Positions 22,901 to 31,510 of a stretch of DNA of 35,927 nt are shown here, in pieces. The notes below the pieces were generated by a model. That model searched no databases. It was not told the origin of the DNA and saw only the letters and a program-made list of their open reading frames with translations. Within the stretch, counting starts at the first letter, position 1. Each line of letters begins with the position of its first letter. This DNA is from an uncultured Methanosarcinales archaeon (lineage in GTDB: Archaea > Nanobdellota > Nanobdellia > Woesearchaeales > JAGLXL01), in the NCBI GenBank assembly GCA_964472345.1, contig CAYYLB010000006.1, forward strand, positions 1-35,927, given 5' to 3'. The translations under genes were made by a program, and so were the position numbers.

Positions 22901-24144
22901 CGCAGCAACCTGACGCGCCGCTGCGCCGCAAGCGAGCTTCGCAAAAGGGGCCGGGCGGCCGGAGCGCCGATCTGCGGGACTCACCGCTCTACGAGCCGCG
23001 CGAGGATTCCTGGCTGCTGCAGAAGCATGTCAGGCGCCTCGCGCGCGGAACCGTGCTGGATATGGGAACCGGCTCCGGCATCCAGGCGCTCACGGCTGCG
23101 GCGAAGCGGAGCGTGAAGCGCGTCTGGGCGGCTGACTGCAACCCGCGCGCCGTCGCGCACTGCCGGAAGCTGCGGCACCCGAAAATCCGCTGCGTCCTCT
23201 CTGACCTCTTCTCCGCCTTCCGCGCGCCGCGTGCGTTCGACACCATTATCCTCAATCCGCCCTATCTGCCGGCTGACGCAAGCGAAACAGCGGACGAGGC
23301 ACGCATCCTGAGCGGCGGAAAGCACGGCTGGGAGCTGCTCGGGCGTTTCTTTGCCGGAGCCGGGCCGTTCCTCAGGCCCGACGGCAGGATCCTCATCGTC
23401 TTCTCATCGCTGACAGGCAGGGAGAAGGTCGATTCCCTCATCCGGCGGCACGGCTTCGTTTTCCGGGAGCTTGAGCAGCAGCCGTTCTTCTTCGAGCGGC
23501 TCTCCTGCTATGCGGTGCGCTGGAACCCTGCGCTGCGGCGCGTGATGAAGCGCGGCGTGCGCAACGTGGCGTACTTCACCCACGGCAAGCGCGGCCTGAT
23601 TTTCACCGGCACGTATCATGGAACGGGCGCCGCAATAAAGATCAAGCGGCCGGAAAGCGCCGCAGAGAACCGGATCGCCAACGAGGCGCGGTGGCTGAAG
23701 AAGTTTAACGCGCATGGCATCGGCCCGAAGCTTTTCTTCGCCGGCAGCGGCTTCGTGGTGTACCGGTTCGTGGACGGCGGATTCCTGCTGCCGTGGATCG
23801 GGCGCAGCGGGAAAACAGCAGTCCGGCGGGTGCTGCGCGCGCTTCTTGGGCAGTGCTTCGTTCTTGACGCGCTCAGCGTCAGCAAGGAGGAGATGCACCA
23901 TCCGACAAAGCATATCATCATGGCAAAAAGGAACGAGCCCGTCCTGCTCGACTTTGAGCGGACGCACCGCACGGCAAAACCGCAGAACGTCACGCAGTTT
24001 GTCCAGTACCTCTGCAGGCTGCAGCCGCTGCTCGCACGGAAAGGGTTCACCTTCACGCCGCAGGCGCTGCGCGAAGCCGCAAGGCGGTATAAATGGCAGC
24101 CGGGCAGGAAAAGGCTGGAAACCCTCAGCGCGCTCCTCACATGA
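22897..24144 (+). CDS. HemK2/Mtq2-like protein methyltransferase fused to a C-terminal kinase-like domain
   Basis: YEPREDS.LL, LDMGTGSGI, NPPY, GGKHG; C-terminal HGKRG..F, AIK, NEA..L, GIGP, LDFE. Start at ATG 22897. Confidence 0.88.
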   Translation: MTQQPDAPLRRKRASQKGPGGRSADLRDSPLYEPREDSWLLQKHVRRLARGTVLDMGTGSGIQALTAAAKRSVKRVWAADCNPRAVAHCRKLRHPKIRCVLSDLFSAFRAPRAFDTIILNPPYLPADASETADEARILSGGKHGWELLGRFFAGAGPFLRPDGRILIVFSSLTGREKVDSLIRRHGFVFRELEQQPFFFERLSCYAVRWNPALRRVMKRGVRNVAYFTHGKRGLIFTGTYHGTGAAIKIKRPESAAENRIANEARWLKKFNAHGIGPKLFFAGSGFVVYRFVDGGFLLPWIGRSGKTAVRRVLRALLGQCFVLDALSVSKEEMHHPTKHIIMAKRNEPVLLDFERTHRTAKPQNVTQFVQYLCRLQPLLARKGFTFTPQALREAARRYKWQPGRKRLETLSALLT

Positions 24145-24497
24145 GCACCGCATTCCAGGAAAAGGTCTACGCGCTCTGCAGGAAAGTCCCGCGCGGACGC
24201 GTCACGACGTACAAGGCCATCGGCGATGCGCTCGGCGGCAGGGGGCAGGTCTACCGTGCGGTCGGTGCCGCGCTGAACAGGAACCCATATGCTCCAGCGG
24301 TTCCGTGCCATCGGGTGGTGGCGGGCGACGGGAGCATCGGCGGATTTGCGCACGGCGTGAAGAAGAAGATTGCCTTGCTGCGGAAGGAAAGGGTGCAGGT
24401 GAAGAAGGGGAAGATTGTGGGTTTTGGGCAGCGATTGTTTCTGTTTCGTGCCACGCGCGCTGCACAAAAAAGCGGAATATTTAAATATATCTTGTGA
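24141..24497 (+). CDS. ogt: Methylated-DNA-protein-cysteine methyltransferase (MGMT, C-terminal domain only)
   Basis: VPRGRVTTY, RAVG.AL..NP, PCHRVV active site, K..LL.KE. Confidence 0.92.
   Translation: MSTAFQEKVYALCRKVPRGRVTTYKAIGDALGGRGQVYRAVGAALNRNPYAPAVPCHRVVAGDGSIGGFAHGVKKKIALLRKERVQVKKGKIVGFGQRLFLFRATRAAQKSGIFKYIL
24417..24459 (+). repeat. Direct repeat copy 1 (3' region of ogt); copy 2 at 24961-25003
   Basis: GTGGGTTTTGGGCAGCGATTGTTTCTGTTTC(G/A)TGCCACGCGCG, 42/43 identical. Confidence 0.95.
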
Positions 24498-24532
24498 TAT
24501 CAAATAATATCAAGAGCTGCATGGAGTTCAAA

Positions 24533-24835
24533 ATGAAAAGATGTACCGAATGTAAAGGGACGATGAAGGAATTACGAGCCAAAACCCCGGAAGGATTTGA
24601 GTACACTTATTTTAAGTGTGATAAATGTGGAGAGGAAATTCTTGATATGAGCCAGCTACACACGGTTGCGGAAAAATACAGGACGATGAAAAGGTTTCAT
24701 GCAAAGATTTCTAAGTGGGGCATGAGCTTAGGGCTGAGGATACCCAAGGAGTTAGTTGAGAGGTATCACCTGAAAGATGAAAAAGAAGTCGCAATAATTC
24801 CTGAAGAGAAAGGCATGCGAATCATCCCTGCCTGA
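24533..24835 (+). CDS. Zinc-ribbon (MqsA/YgiT-like) + AbrB/MazE-domain antitoxin-like regulator
   Basis: CTEC...CDKCGEE followed by KISKWGMSLGLRIPKE. Palindrome TGATAT-N6-ATATCA at 24495-24512 upstream. Confidence 0.85.
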   Translation: MKRCTECKGTMKELRAKTPEGFEYTYFKCDKCGEEILDMSQLHTVAEKYRTMKRFHAKISKWGMSLGLRIPKELVERYHLKDEKEVAIIPEEKGMRIIPA

Positions 24836-24960
24836 GATTGCTGGGCTCTGGCTATTGTAGTGAATGGAGCAGCTGTAGCGAACCCGGAAACGTTGGCGAG
24901 CGGCTGCAAGGGGCGAACCGTGAAAGGGTGTCCTGCGAGCTGAGCCGAATAAGAAGCGGA

Positions 24961-25003
24961 GTGGGTTTTGGGCAGCGATTGTTTCTGTTTCATGCCACGC
25001 GCG
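24961..25003 (+). repeat. Direct repeat copy 2 of the ogt 3' region
   Basis: 42/43 identical to 24417-24459. Confidence 0.95.
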
Positions 25004-25082
25004 GCAAAGAGCCTATATGATACCACAATATAGTAATAAAAAATAGAAAGATTTAAATGGAAGAGGGAAAAGCCTGAGGCGG

Positions 25083-25601
25083 ATGGCAGTCCCTCACCTG
25101 TATGTCGTCGATGTGGGAACATTCTATATCGAGAGAGGAAGCGTACACTTGAACGACCACCTTCTTCGTGCTCCATTTTCTCGACATATGGGCATAGGGA
25201 GAGCAAATGATGGGGAGGAATATTTACTCACGGGAGGTATACTATTTGTGCAACAAAGCTTTCCGTATTTTAATGGGAACCGTATCATCATCCCACATAT
25301 TGATGCAACCGCCGGCATAAGCAGGGACCATGGACGGCTTGCATATTCAAGGGATAGTGGTATCTACATACACGGGAGTGAGAGCGGTAGGCTCACATCG
25401 CTGGTTGATAGAGAAGGAACAATACTCCGTCAAGTAAAAAACCCTGGTGAAACAATTGATATTCCCTTTTGCGGAGGGGAAAAACCTGAGGAGCCTGAGG
25501 GAAAAATCCTCCTTCTCGGTGGAAAGGAAGGGGAAAAAACTTTAGAAAAGATGTTTGCAATGTATTCTTACTACCTCAACATCCACCCATTTCAATCGTA
25601 A
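25083..25601 (+). CDS. Hypothetical protein, 172 aa
   Basis: ORF in AT-richer DNA with a TTTAAAT box about 25 nt upstream; no motif recognised. Confidence 0.7.
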   Translation: MAVPHLYVVDVGTFYIERGSVHLNDHLLRAPFSRHMGIGRANDGEEYLLTGGILFVQQSFPYFNGNRIIIPHIDATAGISRDHGRLAYSRDSGIYIHGSESGRLTSLVDREGTILRQVKNPGETIDIPFCGGEKPEEPEGKILLLGGKEGEKTLEKMFAMYSYYLNIHPFQS

Positions 25602-25626
25602 GGCATAAGAAACCACAAGGCGACGC

Positions 25627-26571
25627 TTATTTCTTCTTCCCGCTGCTCTTGTTCTTCTTATCGACTTCCTTGGCGAGCTTGAGCTCATTGATCAGCTCCT
25701 TGTAGCGGTTGCGGATCGTGACTTCGGTGACGCCGGCGACATCGGCAACCTCGCGCTGCGTGCGCTTCTCGCCGTGGATCAGGCTGGACACGTACAATGC
25801 CGCAGCCGCGATGCCCGTCGGCCCGCGCCCGCTGGTCAGCTCCCACCTGCGTGCATGCTCAAGAATCTCGACCGCGCGGCTCTGCGTCTTGGCCGTCAGG
25901 TTCAGCTCTGACGCGAAGCGGGGGATGTAATCGGCAGGATTGCTCGGCAGGATGTTGATCGCCAGCTCGCGCGTCACGAAGCGGTACGTCCTTCCGATCT
26001 CCTTCTTCTCGATGCCGGAGGCCTCGCTCATCTCATCGAGCGTGCGCGGCACCTCATGCCTGCGGCAGGCGGCGTACAGCGCACCGGCGACCACCGATTC
26101 CATGCTGCGCCCGCGCACCAGCCCGCGCTGCACCGCAAGTGTGTAGATGCGCGCCGCCTCCTCCTCCACGGACTTGGGCAGCTTCAGGAACGAGCTGACG
26201 CGCTTCAGCTCTGCGAGCGCGACTTTCAGGTTTCTTTCAATCGCAGTCGAAATGCGGTACTGCCACTTGCGCAGGCGGAAAAACTTGTTCTTGTCCTTTT
26301 TCGATCCGAGCTTGTAGATGTCAGAGCGCTGCCCGACTTCTGTTCCCAGCCCGCGGTCAAACTGCGTGTAGGTGGTCGGCGCTCCTGCCCGGCGGTGCTT
26401 CTCGCCTTCCTCGCTGTCGAATTCGCGCCATTCCTGGTCGAAGTCGATCATCTTCTCTTCAAGAACAAGCCCGCAGTCCCGGCAGACGATCTCCCCGCGT
26501 TCCACGTTGCGGAACAGGTTCTCGCCGCCGCACTCCTGGCACTGTTTTATCGCTTTGCGAAGGATTGGCAT
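25627..26571 (-). CDS. tfb: Transcription initiation factor IIB (TFB)
   Basis: CQECG...EIVCRDCGLV, EWREF, RLRKWQ.R, ERNL, RGRS, PRTLDE, GRGPTGIAAA, TQREVA.VAGVTEVTIRNRYKE. Confidence 0.98.
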   Translation of the reverse strand: MPILRKAIKQCQECGGENLFRNVERGEIVCRDCGLVLEEKMIDFDQEWREFDSEEGEKHRRAGAPTTYTQFDRGLGTEVGQRSDIYKLGSKKDKNKFFRLRKWQYRISTAIERNLKVALAELKRVSSFLKLPKSVEEEAARIYTLAVQRGLVRGRSMESVVAGALYAACRRHEVPRTLDEMSEASGIEKKEIGRTYRFVTRELAINILPSNPADYIPRFASELNLTAKTQSRAVEILEHARRWELTSGRGPTGIAAAALYVSSLIHGEKRTQREVADVAGVTEVTIRNRYKELINELKLAKEVDKKNKSSGKKK

Positions 26572-26742
26572 GGTATGCACCCTCATCCGGGCCCCCGGCA
26601 CCCGGATCATTACCACTGGAATTGTTATGTCCCAGTGTACAATTAATTTTATATACTTCTGGCGTCACTTATATATAAACCTTTCGGTGTTTTTTGGAGA
26701 AAACGAAAAGGTTAAATACCATTCCTGCATAGGTTATAGGTA

Positions 26743-26892
26743 ATGGCCCTCACCAACGAGCTGCTCGACCTGCTTGCCTGCCCAGCGTGCCGGAGCCGCC
26801 TCGAGCCCGAAAAAGGCCAGAAAAGCCTGAACTGCACCGGATGCAAGGAAACGTACCCGATCCGGGAAGGAATCCCCTTCATGATGAAGTGA
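26743..26892 (+). CDS. trm112: Trm112-like methyltransferase activator, 49 aa (not in the ORF track)
   Basis: MALTNELLDLLACPACRSRL...LNCTGCKETYPIREGIPFMMK, the LACP.C...L.C..C...YPI..GIP signature. Confidence 0.9.
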   Translation: MALTNELLDLLACPACRSRLEPEKGQKSLNCTGCKETYPIREGIPFMMK

Positions 26893-26909
26893 CAGCTTCT
26901 CAACAACGA

Positions 26910-27302
26910 TCACTTCAGAAAAACGACACCCTTCAGTTTCTCAAAGTGCCTGTCCCCGCTCACGATGGTGCCGTTGAATTCCTTCTGTTTCACCAGCAGC
27001 ACCGCATCGATAAGGCCAAAATCAGGCTGTGTTTTCCGCTGCTCATGGCGCTCCTGCGCAGCATCGATCCAGTCATGCTCCGTGACGGCAACGATGCGGG
27101 AATTGGCCCGAATGATCCTGAAGAGCTGTTCGAAAGGCCGGTTCTCCCTGAGCGACCAGCCCTTGATCTCTGCAAGACAACATTCCGCCGTTAAAAATTC
27201 GTTGCCCTCAGCAGCAAACAACACCCGCACCTTCTCGCCTTTCCCTGAGCCCATGAAATATTCGACCCAGGCGTAGCTGTCAAGGAGGTAAAGCGTCACC
27301 AC
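26910..27302 (-). CDS. vapC: PIN-domain toxin (VapC-like)
   Basis: YLLDSYAWVEY, LAEI, GLIDA, VSGDRHF. Confidence 0.92.
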   Translation of the reverse strand: MVTLYLLDSYAWVEYFMGSGKGEKVRVLFAAEGNEFLTAECCLAEIKGWSLRENRPFEQLFRIIRANSRIVAVTEHDWIDAAQERHEQRKTQPDFGLIDAVLLVKQKEFNGTIVSGDRHFEKLKGVVFLK

Positions 27303-27496
27303 ATCTCCCCATGTCCTTCTTTCTCTTCCTCAAAAGGCGAGGCGCCCCGGCAAACGCCAAATCCGTCAATGCGTTTCTTTCTCACAATATCGACATTAAT
27401 CTTATCCCCTTCCTTAAGCCCAAGCTCCTTCAGCCGCTCTGCGGGGAGGATCACACCCACAGAATTTCCCCATCCTTTAAGTTCGACTTCAATCAT
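27296..27496 (-). CDS. vapB: AbrB/MazE-type antitoxin (VapB-like)
   Basis: KGWGNSVGVILP...LGLKEGDKI; overlaps the PIN gene start. Confidence 0.9.
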   Translation of the reverse strand: MIEVELKGWGNSVGVILPAERLKELGLKEGDKINVDIVRKKRIDGFGVCRGASPFEEEKEGHGEMW

Positions 27497-27587
27497 ATTT
27501 AAACATAAAGTATAACTAATTTATATAGCTTTTGATGGAAACTAGTTTATCCGTTTTGGTAATGCCGACGCTCTTTCGTTAACGTCA

Positions 27588-27616
27588 CCAGCATCCCCGG
27601 ATCAAACCCCGCCGGC
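27588..27616 (-). repeat. Remnant copy of the SRP54 3' end (direct repeat of 28273-28301)
   Basis: CCAGCATCCCCGGATCAAACCCCGCCGGC, 29/29 identical, extending to 36/38. Confidence 0.95.
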
Positions 27617-27660
27617 CGGTTCCCGAATTTGCAGGGATGAAAAAAATGCAGCCGCATCGC

Positions 27661-27891
27661 TCACGCCACCAGCGTCATCTCTACCGGCAGATCAATCTCC
27701 ACTTCTTTCAGGCTCTTCGTCCGTTTCCTGAAGCCCATGACCGCGATGCCGGTCACCGCGCCCGTTTTCTCGTCAATGCGCTCAAAGATGCCTTCGCCAA
27801 GGTTCTTGAAGTAGCCGTGAGCGTAAGGGCCGATATGGAGCTCGAGGAAATCTCCTCCTTCATCGTAATAGATCTGAAGTTTCCCTTTCAT
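27661..27891 (-). CDS. DUF2283-like putative antitoxin
   Basis: IYYDEGGDFLE...EGIFERID..TG.V.GI pattern; downstream of a small nuclease-like gene. Confidence 0.75.
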   Translation of the reverse strand: MKGKLQIYYDEGGDFLELHIGPYAHGYFKNLGEGIFERIDEKTGAVTGIAVMGFRKRTKSLKEVEIDLPVEMTLVA

Positions 27892-27900
27892 CTTGTTTTT

Positions 27901-28185
27901 TCATCGTATCTTATCAGTATAATATGCGGTAATGACAAAGCCAGTGCCGTTTAAATATTTTACTGAAACAAACAGGTACTTTCTCCTTTCTTTGAAATAC
28001 TTGAAGTAGAAATGCACCGCGGAATCGTACTCGAACGGGATGAGTGTATCCGGTTTCAGCAGCGTTTCTGTTATCTGTTCTACCTGGTTCGTCATCTCGG
28101 GGTGTGCAAGGATATGTCGCAGGCGCTCCCGTGAGAGGGAGATAAGCCTTCCCGACTTGTCCCTCACTTCAAGCACTTTCACCAT
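27901..28185 (-). CDS. Putative RelE/barnase-like (PBECR-type) toxin
   Basis: ER..HI..HPEM...TL.KPD...YF...YL.V.VKYLNG.GFVITAY pattern; paired with a DUF2283-like gene. Confidence 0.7.
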   Translation of the reverse strand: MVKVLEVRDKSGRLISLSRERLRHILAHPEMTNQVEQITETLLKPDTLIPFEYDSAVHFYFKYFKERRKYLFVSVKYLNGTGFVITAYYTDKIR

Positions 28186-28264
28186 TTTTTACATCTGCGC
28201 ATTTATTTTCGATCACGTGCCATTTGGAAAACAGGTGCAGAAGCGCCCGCAAGAGGCCCACATT

Positions 28265-29629
28265 TCACCCGCCCAGCATCCCCGGATCAAACCCCGCCGG
28301 CAGCTTCCCGCCGAGCTGCTTCATCAGCTTGCCCATGTTCCGGCCTTTGAGCATCCTGCCCATCTTCTTCGCCTGCTGGTACTGCTTCAGCAAGTCGCGC
28401 ACCTCGCTCGTGCTGAGCCCTGAGCCGTGCGCGATCCGCTCGACGCGCGGCGCGCTGATGATGTCCGGCTCCTCAAGCTCTTCCTTCGTCATCGAGTCCA
28501 TGGCGAAGCGCCACTTCTTCAGCTTCCCTTCCTGCACGTCGAGCAGCTCCTTCGGCATCTTGAGCTGGCCGAAGCCGGGGACCATCTCCACCAGCTTGCG
28601 CAGCGAGCCCATCTTTCCCATGGCTTCCATCTGCTCGTACAGATCGAGCAGGTTGAACTCTCCCTTCAGGAAGCGCCTGCCCAGGTCCTCGGCCTTCTCC
28701 TCCGGGACCGCCTCTCTCGCCTTCTCGAGCAGCGTCTCGATATCGCCCATTCCGAGCAGGCGGGACACAAAGCGCTTCGGAGCGAAAACTTCGAACTCGT
28801 CGAGCTTCTCCCCGACGCCGATGAAAAGGACCGGCGCCTGCGTCACTGCACAGGCTGACAGCGCCCCGCCGCCTTTCGCCGTCCCGTCAAGGCGCGTGAT
28901 GATCACGCCGGTGACCTGAACGGCGTCGTGGAATGCCTTCGCCTGGGCCTGCGCCGCCTGGCCGAGATCGGCGGACATGACCAGCAGGCGTTCGTCTGCG
29001 CGAACCGCAGCATTCAGCCTGTTCAGCTCGCCTATCAGCTCGCTGCTCAGCGCATCCCTGCCTGCCGTATCGATGATGACCAGATCGTAGGCCGCAAGCT
29101 TCTCCTCAAACGTGCGGTAGATGCCCGCCGCGTCCTTCCCGCCTTTCAGGCCATAAAAGTCAGCGCCCACCTGCCTGCTGAGCTGCTCGAGCTGCTCGTA
29201 GGCCGCTGCGCGCCAGGTGTCCGTCTGCAGCAGCGCAACCTTGTAGCCGCGCTTCTTGTAGAATTTCGCCAGTTTGCCTGCAGTGGTCGTCTTGCCGTTG
29301 CCGAACAGGCCGACGAGCATCAGCTTGGCCGGCTTCTTTGCGAGGGCGAGCTCGCGCGGCTCCCTGCCGAGGAAGTTCGCAAGCTCCTCGTAGACGATGT
29401 TGATCAGGTGCTCCTTCTTCGTGAGGCCGGCAGGCGTCTCTCCCTTCAGGGCGCGCTCCTTGATGCCATTGGTCAGGTCGAACACGAGCTGGACATTCAC
29501 GTCGGCCTGGAGAAGCGCCCGCTGGATCTCCTTCACGAGCTCCTTCACGAGCGACTCGTCCACGAACAGCGCGTTCGCTATCTTCTGCAATGTGCCTTTC
29601 AGCGATTCGCCGAGCTTTTCGAGGACCAT
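28265..29629 (-). CDS. srp54: Signal recognition particle protein SRP54
   Basis: MVLEKLG, ALLQADVN, GLFGNGKTTT, DTAGR, TRLDGTAKGGG, GMGD, Met-rich M domain with SMT.EE and RIA.GSG. Confidence 0.98.
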   Translation of the reverse strand: MVLEKLGESLKGTLQKIANALFVDESLVKELVKEIQRALLQADVNVQLVFDLTNGIKERALKGETPAGLTKKEHLINIVYEELANFLGREPRELALAKKPAKLMLVGLFGNGKTTTAGKLAKFYKKRGYKVALLQTDTWRAAAYEQLEQLSRQVGADFYGLKGGKDAAGIYRTFEEKLAAYDLVIIDTAGRDALSSELIGELNRLNAAVRADERLLVMSADLGQAAQAQAKAFHDAVQVTGVIITRLDGTAKGGGALSACAVTQAPVLFIGVGEKLDEFEVFAPKRFVSRLLGMGDIETLLEKAREAVPEEKAEDLGRRFLKGEFNLLDLYEQMEAMGKMGSLRKLVEMVPGFGQLKMPKELLDVQEGKLKKWRFAMDSMTKEELEEPDIISAPRVERIAHGSGLSTSEVRDLLKQYQQAKKMGRMLKGRNMGKLMKQLGGKLPAGFDPGMLGG

Positions 29630-29788
29630 AAGGAGCTTGGAACCCGTCAGCTTTTTAAATGTTCTCCGGAGCGGACGGCACGAGTTTCGTGAGAATCAGC
29701 CGTGAGAAAAGCACAAGGTGTCCGCCTTGCGGCTCTTGGAGCCTTTACTTTGGAAAATTTTAAAAGCGAATGATGTGGTACAGAAACC

Positions 29789-30277
29789 ATGCAGGTTACG
29801 GTTGGAACGACGGATGCAGTCACTCTTCATGAAGTGCAGTTTGAGGCGTACGGACTGTTGAGCTACCAGGGCGCCCATGAAACGCTCAAAAAAGCGCTTG
29901 ATTCTGCCCGGGAGCACTTTGATCTTCCTAAAGCGTTCGCTATTGATATCTATGATGGTGGGTTCTTCAAGAGGAATCCTGATCTGTCAGCCGTTCTTGA
30001 AGGGGCGAGCCTCGCGCGAGCGAAGCGGCTGGAGGATGCTCCACTAGACACAAACCTTACCGGCAACAGCGATACGGGGTTCCAGTATGTGCTCATCGCA
30101 TGGATGCCCCACAGAAAGGGCAAAACACCTGTTGAAACAGGAAGAGCTGCAGCGGCGGCGTTGGAAAGGATTTTGGAGGAAGCTTCTCCGGCACTTCACG
30201 GAGTCCCATGCCGCTACGCCGTGAAACCGTTTGAAGTAGTCTATTCAAGCGGATTTGTCTTCTCAGCCGATGCGTGA
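29789..30277 (+). CDS. Hypothetical protein, 162 aa
   Basis: ORF with a TTTTAAAA box about 25 nt upstream; no motif recognised. Confidence 0.65.
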   Translation: MQVTVGTTDAVTLHEVQFEAYGLLSYQGAHETLKKALDSAREHFDLPKAFAIDIYDGGFFKRNPDLSAVLEGASLARAKRLEDAPLDTNLTGNSDTGFQYVLIAWMPHRKGKTPVETGRAAAAALERILEEASPALHGVPCRYAVKPFEVVYSSGFVFSADA

Positions 30278-30316
30278 ACACCATTCTTTATAAGCAGATA
30301 GGCCCTTCCTTCTCTC

Positions 30317-31510
30317 ATGCCCCACCTCTCCGAGCGCGAGCTTGAGCTGCCGGACGCGGTCATCGGCCAGCTGCTTGACATCGCCGCGGAACGGCATGAC
30401 ATCATCTCTCTCGGCCCCGGCGAGCCTGATTTTGCGCTGCCGAAACCTCTCATTGATTACACGAAGAAGATCGCCCACAAGGTCAACCATTACGCTCCCC
30501 CAGGCGGCTTCCGCGCGCTCCGCGAGGCGATCTGCAGGAAACTCAGGAAAGACAACCGCATCCAGGCAGTGCCGGACAACATCATCGTCACCAACGGCAG
30601 CCAGGAAGCGCTGCTCATCGCGTGCATGGCGACACTCGACGTGTCCGAGCAGATCCTCATCCCCAGCCCGAGCTTCATGTCCTATCTGCCGGCCGCCGAG
30701 CTGGTCGACGCTTCCCCGGTCTTTGTCGAGCTGAAGGAGGACGAAGGGTTTGCCGTCAACCCCGACAGCGTGAAGAAAGCGATCGAGCCCAAGAAGACGA
30801 AGGTGCTCGTGATCAACTCCCCGGCAAACCCGACCGGGACCGTGCTGCGCCGGAACGTGCTCGAAGAGCTTGCGGGCCTCGCGGTCGAGCATGACCTTAT
30901 GATTTTCTCCGACGAGGCGTACGAGAAGATCACCTACGACGATGCGAAGCACCTCTCCATCGGCAGCTTCAGCGGCATGCAGGATCGTGTGGTCTCATTT
31001 TACACATTCTCCAAGAGCTATGCCATGTGCGGCTTCCGCCTCGGCTACGCAGTTGGCCCGAAAGAGCTGATTTCCGCGATGACGCGCATCCACGTTGACA
31101 CGACCATCTGCGCTCCCACCCTGTCGCAGCTCCTCGGCATCAAAGCGCTCTCGCTGAACCAACAGAGGTACATCGGGCCGATGGTGCGCGAATATGACCG
31201 TCGCAGGCGCCTGATTGTCGCGCGCCTGAACCAGATGGGCTTATCGACCCCAACGCCGCGCGGCGCCTTTTACACATTTTCCAACATCAGGCATCTCGCA
31301 CGCGACAGCCGTGCTTTTGCGCGAGAGCTGCTGCAGAAAGCCAAGGTCGCCGTCGTCCCGGGAAGCGAGTTCGGCAGGTTCGGCGAAGGCTACATCCGCT
31401 GCAGCTACGCGACGGACTACAAAAAGATCGGGCAGGCGGCGGACAGGATGGAAAAGTTAGTGAAGAAGCTCAGCACGAAATCCGCAGCGTCCCGCCGCTC
31501 ACGCAGCTGA
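30317..31510 (+). CDS. Class I/II aminotransferase (aspartate/aromatic type)
   Basis: ISLGPGEPDF, TNGSQEA, NSPANPTG, SDEAYE, FSKSYAMCGFRLGY, PGSEFG..GEGYIRCSYA. Confidence 0.95.
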   Translation: MPHLSERELELPDAVIGQLLDIAAERHDIISLGPGEPDFALPKPLIDYTKKIAHKVNHYAPPGGFRALREAICRKLRKDNRIQAVPDNIIVTNGSQEALLIACMATLDVSEQILIPSPSFMSYLPAAELVDASPVFVELKEDEGFAVNPDSVKKAIEPKKTKVLVINSPANPTGTVLRRNVLEELAGLAVEHDLMIFSDEAYEKITYDDAKHLSIGSFSGMQDRVVSFYTFSKSYAMCGFRLGYAVGPKELISAMTRIHVDTTICAPTLSQLLGIKALSLNQQRYIGPMVREYDRRRRLIVARLNQMGLSTPTPRGAFYTFSNIRHLARDSRAFARELLQKAKVAVVPGSEFGRFGEGYIRCSYATDYKKIGQAADRMEKLVKKLSTKSAASRRSRS

